The notes beneath the pieces were generated by a model that saw only the letters and a program-made list of their open reading frames with translations, was not told the origin of the DNA and searched no databases. A stretch of 24,000 nucleotides of DNA from Horticoccus sp. 23ND18S-11 (GTDB lineage Bacteria; Verrucomicrobiota; Verrucomicrobiia; Opitutales; Opitutaceae): the NCBI RefSeq assembly GCF_047521145.1, contig NZ_JBKOKE010000001.1. One strand, 5' to 3'. A program made the position numbers and the translations under genes. This document shows, piece by piece, positions 15,374 through 22,495 of this stretch. Position 1 is the stretch's first letter. Each line of letters starts with the position of its first letter.

Positions 15374-15919
15374 TTAGACCGTCAGCAGGTCCTTCTCCTT
15401 GTGGGCGAGATGGGTGTTGATGTCGGCGATGGCCTTGTCGGTCGCGGTCTGAATGTCCTTTTCGAGGCGCTTCATTTCGTCCTCGGGCAGCTTGGCCTTC
15501 TTGGCGGTCTCGATGGCGTCGCGGCGCACGTTGCGCACATGGACGCGGCCTTCCTCGGCGAGACGGTGGGCGTTCTTGACGAACTCCTGGCGGCGCTCGC
15601 GGCTCATGTCGGGGAGCGGCACGCGGATGATTTTACCATCGATGATCGGGTTGAACCCGAGGTTGGCGTCGATGATGCCCTTGGCGATGGCCTTGGAGAG
15701 CGTGGTGTCCCACGGCTGGATTTGGATCAGGCGGGCGTCGGGCGTCGAGATGGCGGCGCACTGTTTCAGGGGCGTCATCGAGCCGTAGGCCTCGACCATC
15801 ACGGTTTCCACCATCTGCGGCGTCGCCTTGCCGGTGTGGATGGAGCTGAACTCATGCAGCGTGTGATCGAGGGCTTTTTTCATGCGCGCTTGCGCGTCGT
15901 TCAGGATGGGATGGCTCAT
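15374..15919 (-). CDS. frr: Ribosome recycling factor
   Basis: The 181-aa ORF has a typical RRF sequence (...HTGKATPQMVETVMVEAYGSMTPLKQCAAISTPDARLIQIQPWD..., ...IRVPLPDMSRERRQEFVK...). It lies downstream of pyrH, the usual arrangement. Confidence 0.95.
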   Translation of the reverse strand: MSHPILNDAQARMKKALDHTLHEFSSIHTGKATPQMVETVMVEAYGSMTPLKQCAAISTPDARLIQIQPWDTTLSKAIAKGIIDANLGFNPIIDGKIIRVPLPDMSRERRQEFVKNAHRLAEEGRVHVRNVRRDAIETAKKAKLPEDEMKRLEKDIQTATDKAIADINTHLAHKEKDLLTV

Positions 15920-15928
15920 GGAGGAATG

Positions 15929-16027
15929 GGTTGAGAGGTGAGAGTTGAGGGTTGAGAGCCAGAAACTTCAAGGGCGAGTCGGACTGTGGTCCGAGATCTC
16001 TCAACCCTCAACTCTCAGCTCTCAACC
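15929..16027. repeat. Palindromic element, family G; 30-nt arms built from heptamers G[G/T]TGAG[A/G]
   Basis: The left arm is 15929-15958 and contains GTTGAGA GGTGAGA GTTGAGG GTTGAGA (15930-15957). The right arm is 15998-16027, with one mismatch and a 39-nt loop that holds the small hairpin cggac-tgtg-gtccg. The element occupies almost all of the 119-nt pyrH-frr spacer. Confidence 0.85.
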
Positions 16028-16038
16028 GCCGGGCCCGC

Positions 16039-16776
16039 TCAGTTGCGCACCAGCGTGCCGATTTTCTCGCCGACGATCGCCTTGCGGATGGCGTGCTTGT
16101 CGTTGAGGTCGAACACCAGGATCGGGACGTTGTTGTCCATGCACAGGGAGAACGCCGTCGAATCCATCACGTTGAGCCGCTGCTTCAGCGCGTCGATGAA
16201 CGTGATCTGGTCGTACTTCACCGCATCGCTGTGCTTCTTCGGGTCCTTGTCGTAGATGCCGTCGACCTTCGTCGCCTTCATGATGATGTCGGCGTGCATC
16301 TCACTGGCACGGAGGGCCGCGGTGGTGTCGGTCGAGAAATACGGATTGCCCGTGCCGGCCACGAAGATCACGACGCGGCCCTTTTCCAGATGGCGGACGG
16401 CCCGGCGCAGGATGAACGGCTCAGCAATCTGGTTCATCGGAATCGCGGACTGGACCCGGGTGTTCACGCCCAGTTTTTCCAGGCAATCCATCAGCGCGAG
16501 GCCGTTGATGACCGTCGCCAGCATGCCCATGTAATCACCGGTCGTGCGGTCCACGCCGCGCTTCTCGCCATTGAGGCCCCGGAAGATGTTGCCGCCGCCA
16601 ATCACGACGCACACCTGCACGCCCAGCTCATGGATCTCCTTCACCTGCGAACAGACCTCGGACAGCGTGGCGCCGTCGATCGGATCCCCTCCTTTTCCAC
16701 CCCGAAGCACTTCACCTGAGAGCTTCAGGATGACACGTTTATATTTGGCGCGGGGATCTGGTTTGGAATCACGCAT
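16039..16776 (-). CDS. pyrH: UMP kinase
   Basis: The ORF reads [21 protein letters not shown] and ...[23 protein letters not shown].... The start was taken at ATG 16776; the ORF maximum is 16830. Confidence 0.93.
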   Translation of the reverse strand: MRDSKPDPRAKYKRVILKLSGEVLRGGKGGDPIDGATLSEVCSQVKEIHELGVQVCVVIGGGNIFRGLNGEKRGVDRTTGDYMGMLATVINGLALMDCLEKLGVNTRVQSAIPMNQIAEPFILRRAVRHLEKGRVVIFVAGTGNPYFSTDTTAALRASEMHADIIMKATKVDGIYDKDPKKHSDAVKYDQITFIDALKQRLNVMDSTAFSLCMDNNVPILVFDLNDKHAIRKAIVGEKIGTLVRN

Positions 16777-16938
16777 GCCCTGCAGGAAACGAGCGGGAAA
16801 AATCCGCGTCAATGCCCGAGATGGTCGCATCTTCGGCGCGATCCGGTGATTTGGGCCGGGCTCACGGTCGGCGCGATCCCTCCCGTCGGAAGGGTGGTTC
16901 GCCCGACCTGAAATTGTCCGTAACGCCCAGCCTGCATG

Positions 16939-16986
16939 TGCGCAAGTCTTGCGCGCCCGCCGGCTTCGTTGCGCAAGGTCTGCGCA
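16939..16986. promoter_or_regulatory. Pair of similar palindromic sites, TGCGCAAG-N-CTTGCGC type
   Basis: tgcgcaagtcttgcgc (16939-16954) and tgcgcaaggtctgcgca (16970-16986) lie 31 nt apart. The second is followed by TTTTT on the plus strand. They sit in the 452-nt divergent region between pyrH and the secretion operon. Confidence 0.3.
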
Positions 16987-17228
16987 GTTTTTCCGGCTGA
17001 ATCGGCGGTTGGAAAAAATTCTGATCCACTTTCCCGCTTATTTCCCGATGGCTGGGAGTGCCGCTGACTGGCAATTGCGGAGCGCAGGCGGACCGGTTTG
17101 CCCCGAGGGCCGGGTGTTTTATCGGGGGGGCGAAAGGGGGCGGTCGCAGCATTGGGTTCTGGCGAGGGTGGTGCCCGCCTGAGGCCTCACCCCCATGGCA
17201 CAGGAGTTGCGATGGGGTGGGCGCCCCT

Positions 17229-17900
17229 ATGAAAACTCCCTCGTCTTCGCGGCCTTTGGCTTCGCCGTCGCCTTCGTCCCGCGCCTCTCTGCGCGTCGTT
17301 CCGGCTCTTGGATTTGCGGCTCTGCTCTGGGTAAGCGCGGGCACCGTGTTTGCCCAGGCGCCTGCGGCCGGGGCCGATGACGCGAATCGTCGGCGGCGCC
17401 CCACGCAGGACGGCGCGGCTGGCGGGGATCGGGGTAATTTCAATCCGGCGGAAATGCAGGCGCGCATGCTGACGCAGCTGCGCGAACGGCTCGAAGTCAC
17501 GGACGACGAGGAGTGGAAGGTGATTTCCGATCGCATTGCCAAGGTGAACGAACTCCGGCGCAGCGCCCCGGGCGCGGGTGGCGGCATCGGCGCCTTCATG
17601 GGCCGCGGCGGTCCGGGTGGTCCGGGCGGTGGTCCTGGTGGCGGCGCGCCGGGCGGCGGTGGCGACACCAGCGGCCGGGGCCGCGGCACGCGGACCGGCG
17701 GCGGGAGCACCGAGATGACGGCCCTCGCCAGCGCGCTGCGCGACAAGCTGCCCGACGCTGAGGTCAAATCGCGTCTCGATCGCGTGCGCGAACTGCGCAA
17801 GGAGAACGAGCTCAAGCTGACGAAGGCGCAGGAAGAATTGCGGGTCGTGTTGTCGGTTCGCCAGGAAGCGACCGCCGTGATGTTTGGCCTGCTGCCCTGA
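17229..17900 (+). CDS. Secreted Gly-rich protein of unknown function with helical LTxxQ-like segments
   Basis: The 223-aa product from ATG 17229 has a signal peptide ...ALGFAALLWVSAGTVFA|QAP. A helical segment EMQARMLTQLRERLEVTDDEEWKVISDRIAKVNELRR is followed by a Gly/Pro-rich linker (GRGGPGGPGGGPGGGAPGGGGD) and a second helical segment. GC3-rich codon usage supports coding. Its stop overlaps the gspE ORF start by 17 nt. Confidence 0.6.
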   Translation: MKTPSSSRPLASPSPSSRASLRVVPALGFAALLWVSAGTVFAQAPAAGADDANRRRRPTQDGAAGGDRGNFNPAEMQARMLTQLRERLEVTDDEEWKVISDRIAKVNELRRSAPGAGGGIGAFMGRGGPGGPGGGPGGGAPGGGGDTSGRGRGTRTGGGSTEMTALASALRDKLPDAEVKSRLDRVRELRKENELKLTKAQEELRVVLSVRQEATAVMFGLLP

Positions 17901-19677
17901 ACCCGTGGCCACCGAACTTGCACCCGCCGGCGGCGCCAACGGCGTCCTCCCTGAATTGCTCGGCCGCATGATTGCGGACCGGCAGCTCACCGAGACCGAT
18001 GCCCGCTCCTTCCAGAAACAGAATTCGGGTGCCGAGGCGCTGACCGAGGAGCGCGTGCTGCGCTGGCTGGCGCGCGAATACGGCGTGCCGTTTGCCAAGC
18101 TCGACGAACTCGAGCCGGACAAGCAGGTGCTGTCGCTCTTCCCCGCGCGCCTGCTGTTGCGCGACGAACTCCTGCCGCTGCGCCGGGTCGACAACCAGAT
18201 TGAGATCGCCACGAGCCGGCTCTTCGCCACCCAGGGCCTCGACGGCCTGAAGGCGCTGACCGGGCTCCGGCTGCGGCCGGTGCTCGCTCCATCGGAGGCG
18301 ATCCAGCGCGAGATGAAGAAACGTCTCGGCGTCGGTGCCGACACGATCGACACGCTCGACGACGAGGCGGGATTGCAGGTCGTCGACGAGAACGGCACCG
18401 GCGACAACAATCTCGACGAGGCGGCCGAGGACGCGTCGATCATCCGTTTCGTCAACCAGGTGTTGAAGGACGCGATCGAGCTGCGCGCGTCGGACGTGCA
18501 CCTCGAGCCGTTCGAGGACGAACTCCGCATCCGCTATCGCATCGACGGTATTCTGCAGGAAGTGCCCGTGCCCGCGCAGATCAAACGCTTCCAGCCGGCG
18601 ATCGTGGCGCGCGTGAAGATTCTCAGTCATCTCAACATCGCCGAGAAACGCCTGCCGCAGGACGGCCGCATCAAGGTCCGGATCGAGGACGCCGAGGTCG
18701 ACATCCGCGTATCCATCATCCCTATGCTGCACGGCGAGGCCGTGGTCATGCGCTTGCTGCGCCAGAACTCCAAGCTGCGCGGCGCGCGCGATCTCGGCAT
18801 GGGCGAACGCGAACTCACGTGTCTGCAGCGCGTGCTCGAGCTGCCGCACGGCATCGTGCTCGTCACCGGCCCCACCGGTTCCGGCAAGACGTCGACGCTC
18901 TACACCGCGCTCAACGAAATCAACGACTCGGAGCGCAAGATCATCACGATTGAGGATCCCGTCGAATATCAGCTCAAGGGCGTGAATCAGATCCAGGTGT
19001 CGGAAAAGTCCGGTCTCACCTTCGCCCGCGGCCTCCGCTCAATTCTGCGTCATGACCCCGATGTCGTGCTCATCGGTGAAATCCGCGACCAGGAAACCGC
19101 GCAGATTGCGGTCCAGGCTTCCCTCACGGGGCACTTGGTCTTTTCGACGCTGCACACCAACGACGCCGCCGGCGCGCTCACGCGTCTCGTCGACATGGGC
19201 GTGGAACCGTATCTCGTCGCTTCCTCGCTGGAAGCGGTGCTCGCGCAACGCCTCGTGCGTCTGCTCTGTCCGCATTGCAAGGAAGTCGACACGACGACCG
19301 AGTCGCGGGTGTACCGGACGAAGCTGGGCATCAAGCCCGAGGCGAAAGTGTATCGCGCGGTCGGCTGCCGCGAATGTCGTCAGACCGGCTACCATGGCCG
19401 TCGCGCGATTTTCGAATGGATGGATTCGAGCAGCGAAATCCGTTCGCTCATTTTGAAGAACGGCTCGACCGACGCCATTCGCGATTCCGCCCGCCGCGCC
19501 GGAATGAAGACGCTGGCCGAGGACGGACGCCGGCTGGTGGAGCAGGGGATTTCGACCATCGAGGAGATCTTGAGCGTCACGACCGTGCACGAAATGGAAA
19601 CGACCGACGCCAAGCCGAACCATCACGCGCCCGCCACCAACGGAGCCGAAGCCGCCCTGCCGCGTTCGTTGATCTAA
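17884..19677 (+). CDS. gspE: Type II secretion / type IV pilus-family assembly ATPase (GspE/PilB family)
   Basis: The ORF has a T2SSE_N-like N-domain, Walker A GPTGSGKT, Walker B VVLIGEIRD, His box GHLVFSTLHTND, and the tetracysteine CPHC...CRECRQTGYHGR. The start is uncertain among ATG 17884, GTG 17905 and ATG 17968. Confidence 0.9.
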   Translation: MACCPEPVATELAPAGGANGVLPELLGRMIADRQLTETDARSFQKQNSGAEALTEERVLRWLAREYGVPFAKLDELEPDKQVLSLFPARLLLRDELLPLRRVDNQIEIATSRLFATQGLDGLKALTGLRLRPVLAPSEAIQREMKKRLGVGADTIDTLDDEAGLQVVDENGTGDNNLDEAAEDASIIRFVNQVLKDAIELRASDVHLEPFEDELRIRYRIDGILQEVPVPAQIKRFQPAIVARVKILSHLNIAEKRLPQDGRIKVRIEDAEVDIRVSIIPMLHGEAVVMRLLRQNSKLRGARDLGMGERELTCLQRVLELPHGIVLVTGPTGSGKTSTLYTALNEINDSERKIITIEDPVEYQLKGVNQIQVSEKSGLTFARGLRSILRHDPDVVLIGEIRDQETAQIAVQASLTGHLVFSTLHTNDAAGALTRLVDMGVEPYLVASSLEAVLAQRLVRLLCPHCKEVDTTTESRVYRTKLGIKPEAKVYRAVGCRECRQTGYHGRRAIFEWMDSSSEIRSLILKNGSTDAIRDSARRAGMKTLAEDGRRLVEQGISTIEEILSVTTVHEMETTDAKPNHHAPATNGAEAALPRSLI

Positions 19678-19690
19678 ACTCCACTCCGCG

Positions 19691-20956
19691 ATGCCGCAGT
19701 TTGCCTACAAGGCCATGCAGCACGATGGCGTGCTGACCGAAGGATTGCTTGAAGCCAGCAACCGCCAGGAGGCGATGCGCCAGGTGGAAGGCCGGGGCCT
19801 GAAACCGATTAAGCTGGCCGAATCGGCCGGCGGTGCCGCCCCGAAGAAACCGGGCGGTGGCGCGGGCGCCGCACCGGCGACGGGCGGCGGCTCGGCGCTG
19901 TCGTTTGGCCGGAAGGCGAAGATCACGCCGCGCATGCTGGAGAATTTCACGCGCCTGCTGTCGAGCCTGCTCGCGGCCGGCGTGCCGTTCAGCCGCGCGC
20001 TCGTCATCCTGCACCGTGAATCCGGCGAGCCGGTCGCGAAGGCCAAGTGGAAGGAGATTCACGATCTCGTGATCGACGGCATGTCGCTGTCGAAGGCGAT
20101 GGAGCGCTCGCCCGAGACCTTCCCGCGCGTTTACGTGGCGATGGTCGAGGCGGGCGAGACCGGTGGCTTTCTCGACGTTGTGCTGGCGCAGATCGCAGAC
20201 TTCCAGGCGCGCGAAAAGGAGCTCAAGTCGAAGGTGATGACGGCGCTGATGTATCCGATCATCCTGCTGATCCTTGCGCTCGGCGTGCTGGTGTTCCTGA
20301 TGGTGTTCTTCATCCCGCGCTTCCAGCTGATCTTCGCGGGCTTCAACGCCGAACTGCCCCTGATCACGCAGGTGATCGTGAAAACGAGCGAACTCGTGCG
20401 CGGCTACGGTTTGTTTCTGGCCGCGGCCGTGGTTGTCGGCGTGATCATGCTCAAGAGCTGGTTCAACTCGCCGAAGGGCCGGCGCGCGTGGGAGGGCATG
20501 TTGCTCAAACTCTCGATCGTCGGGCCGTTGATCGCGCAATTCGCGATGGCGCGTTTCTGCCGCATGCTCGGCACGCTCTTGCAGGCCGGCGTGCCGTTGA
20601 TCAGCGCGTTGAACGTCGCGCGCCGCTCCATCGGCAACCAGGTTCTCATCGACGCCGTGTCGGACTCGATCGATCGCGTGAAGGAGGGCAAACCGCTCGG
20701 CAAGAGCCTCGCGCAGAACCGCAATCTGTTTCCCGGCGCGATCGTCGAGATGATCTCGGTCGCCGAAGAGAGCGGCAAACTCGATGTCGAGTTGATGCGC
20801 ATCGCCACGGTCACCGAGGGCGACCTCGATCGTCAGCTCAAGTCCGCCGTCGCGCTCGCGGAACCCGTCATGCTCTTCGTCATCGCCGCGTTCATCGGCA
20901 CCATCTTCATCGGCATGGTGATCCCGATCTTCTCCCTGCAGGACCACATCAAATAA
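19691..20956 (+). CDS. gspF: Type II secretion system inner-membrane platform protein GspF
   Basis: The 421-aa ORF has two internal T2SSF repeats (LSSLLAAGVPFSRAL and LGTLLQAGVPLISAL) and hydrophobic TM segments. It lies directly after gspE. Confidence 0.9.
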   Translation: MPQFAYKAMQHDGVLTEGLLEASNRQEAMRQVEGRGLKPIKLAESAGGAAPKKPGGGAGAAPATGGGSALSFGRKAKITPRMLENFTRLLSSLLAAGVPFSRALVILHRESGEPVAKAKWKEIHDLVIDGMSLSKAMERSPETFPRVYVAMVEAGETGGFLDVVLAQIADFQAREKELKSKVMTALMYPIILLILALGVLVFLMVFFIPRFQLIFAGFNAELPLITQVIVKTSELVRGYGLFLAAAVVVGVIMLKSWFNSPKGRRAWEGMLLKLSIVGPLIAQFAMARFCRMLGTLLQAGVPLISALNVARRSIGNQVLIDAVSDSIDRVKEGKPLGKSLAQNRNLFPGAIVEMISVAEESGKLDVELMRIATVTEGDLDRQLKSAVALAEPVMLFVIAAFIGTIFIGMVIPIFSLQDHIK

Positions 20957-20966
20957 TTTTTCATCC

Positions 20967-21449
20967 ATGAATCTGAACCACTCGAAAAAGACCCCGCGCG
21001 TTTCGTTCCATCGCGGCCCAGCTCGCCGAAGCCGCGGCGAAGGCGGCTTCACCCTCGTCGAGCTCCTTCTCGTGCTCGTGATTCTCGGCATTCTCGCCGC
21101 GATCGTGGTGCCGAAGTTCGGCGGCCGCACCGAGCAGGCGCGTATCACCGCCGCGGTGACGCAGATCTCGACCTTCGGCACGGCGCTCAACGCGTTTGAA
21201 GTCGACACCGGCAGCTATCCGCGCGGCCAGGACGGTCTCCGGCAGCTGCTTGTTGCCCCCGCGGACATCACCGGCTGGCGCGGGCCGTACCTGATGAGCG
21301 ACATTCCGCTCGATCCCTGGGGCCGCGCCTACCTGTACGAGTTTCCCGGCCGCGTGAATCCCAGCGGCTACGACATCGTTTCGATGGGACCGGACGGTCA
21401 GCCCGGCACGCCCGACGACGTGGTGAATGCCAGCATCACCGGAAAGTAA
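20967..21449 (+). CDS. gspG: Major pseudopilin GspG
   Basis: The class III signal ends in G|FTLVELLLVLVILGILAAIVVP. The GspG core reads ...LDPWGRAYLYEFPGRVNPSGYDIVSMGPDGQPGTPDDVVN. The leader is 27 aa, and no in-frame ATG, GTG or TTG lies between ATG 20967 and the cleavage site. Confidence 0.9.
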   Translation: MNLNHSKKTPRVSFHRGPARRSRGEGGFTLVELLLVLVILGILAAIVVPKFGGRTEQARITAAVTQISTFGTALNAFEVDTGSYPRGQDGLRQLLVAPADITGWRGPYLMSDIPLDPWGRAYLYEFPGRVNPSGYDIVSMGPDGQPGTPDDVVNASITGK

Positions 21450-22026
21450 ACGCTCGCGCCGCTGGTGTCGCGCCTTCCTCCGCCGCAATCGCAGCGGAGG
21501 CGGGTTCACCCTGATCGAATTGATCTTCGTGCTCGCGCTGCTGGCGATCGGCGCGCTGTTCGTGGCGTCGCGCATGGGCGCCTTCATCCGCGGACGCGCC
21601 CTGAACTTCGAGGCGCGGCGGCTGTTGTCGCTGTCGCATTATGCCCAGAGTCGCGCGGTCGCCGAGGGCGTGCCGATCATACTTTGGGTCAACGCCAAGG
21701 ACTCCACCTACGGCATTGCGATCCAGTCCACCTTCGGCGTCACCGGCGACGACGAGGTCGACATGCACGCGGTCAGTTATACCGCCGAGTCCAGCGTGAC
21801 GTTGGAAGCGCCCACGGGGCCGACGGCCGCCGTTTCCGAGCAGGAAGACGAACGCCTCGGGCTGACTGAAGGCCTCGCCGCCATCCGCTTTAATCCCGAC
21901 GGCTTCTTCGACGAATCGAGCGTGATCAAGATCACGCTCCGTCAGGGCACCGAGGCCGGCCTTGAGTTGGTCCAGACGGCCAACCGCCTCGCCTACGAAA
22001 TTCGCCCCGCGTCCAATGCCGACTGA
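21427..22026 (+). CDS. gspH: Minor pseudopilin, GspH/FimT-like
   Basis: The ORF has GGG|FTLIELIFVLALLAIGALFV followed by RGRALNFEARRLLSLSHYAQSRAV, which is GspH-like. It occupies the position after gspG and overlaps gspG by 23 nt. The leader is 26 aa. Confidence 0.7.
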   Translation: MPASPESKRSRRWCRAFLRRNRSGGGFTLIELIFVLALLAIGALFVASRMGAFIRGRALNFEARRLLSLSHYAQSRAVAEGVPIILWVNAKDSTYGIAIQSTFGVTGDDEVDMHAVSYTAESSVTLEAPTGPTAAVSEQEDERLGLTEGLAAIRFNPDGFFDESSVIKITLRQGTEAGLELVQTANRLAYEIRPASNAD

Positions 22027-22495
22027 CGCCCAGTTCCGTCCGCATCTCGGTTCGACCAAGAACGGACCCGCCCGCCGTAGCCTTGGCGAAGGCGGCTTCA
22101 CCCTCGCCGAAGTCCTCGCCGCGCTTTTGTTCATGGCGATCCTCGTGCCAGTCACGATGCAGGGCGTCACGGTGGCGAGCCGCGCGGGCATGCTGGGCCA
22201 GCGCAAGGCCGCGGCGATGCGCATCGCCGAGCGCGTGCTCGAGGAGCAGCTCGTATCCGGACAGGTCGCGACGGCCACGCCCTACGGTACGGTCGTTGAC
22301 GGCGACATGAGTTATCCGTGGAGCATGAGGTCCGACCCGTGGCCGGAAGACACGGCGATCGCCCTGAACGTGCTGACCGTGCGCGTGGAGTTCACCGTGC
22401 AGGGGGCGACGTTCGACGTGGCTGTATCCACCTTGTACGATCCGGCGATCACCGTCACGACGTCCACCAGCTCACCGGCAGTCAGCGTCGAGTGA
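22016..22495 (+). CDS. gspI: Minor pseudopilin, GspI-like by N-terminus, size and position
   Basis: The start is ATG 22016, overlapping the gspH stop by 11 nt. The 27-aa leader ends in GEGG|FTLAEVLAALLFMAILV. The mature part is about 133 aa. Confidence 0.6.
   Translation: MPTDAQFRPHLGSTKNGPARRSLGEGGFTLAEVLAALLFMAILVPVTMQGVTVASRAGMLGQRKAAAMRIAERVLEEQLVSGQVATATPYGTVVDGDMSYPWSMRSDPWPEDTAIALNVLTVRVEFTVQGATFDVAVSTLYDPAITVTTSTSSPAVSVE

Noticed and set aside
17185-17228. A c-di-GMP (GEMM-I) riboswitch upstream of the secretion operon, suggested by ...ggcacagg...
   Set aside because: Only a GCACAGG heptamer matches. The GCAAACC and ACGCAAAGC conserved segments are absent.
17950-18060. An MshEN-type c-di-GMP-binding motif in the GspE N-terminus (LLGRMIADRQLTETDARSFQKQ)
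   Set aside because: Only the LG and terminal Q positions fit the RLGxx(L/V/I)(L/V/I)xxG(L/V/I)(L/V/I)xxxxLxxxLxxQ pattern. The central Gly and several hydrophobic positions are missing.
16862-21208. Several long minus-strand ORFs (16862-17923, 17187-18530, 17812-18849, 19577-21208, 21436-22278) antisense to the secretion operon
   Set aside because: They are all Arg/Pro/Ser/Ala-rich. The plus-strand genes have diagnostic GspE, F, G and K motifs.
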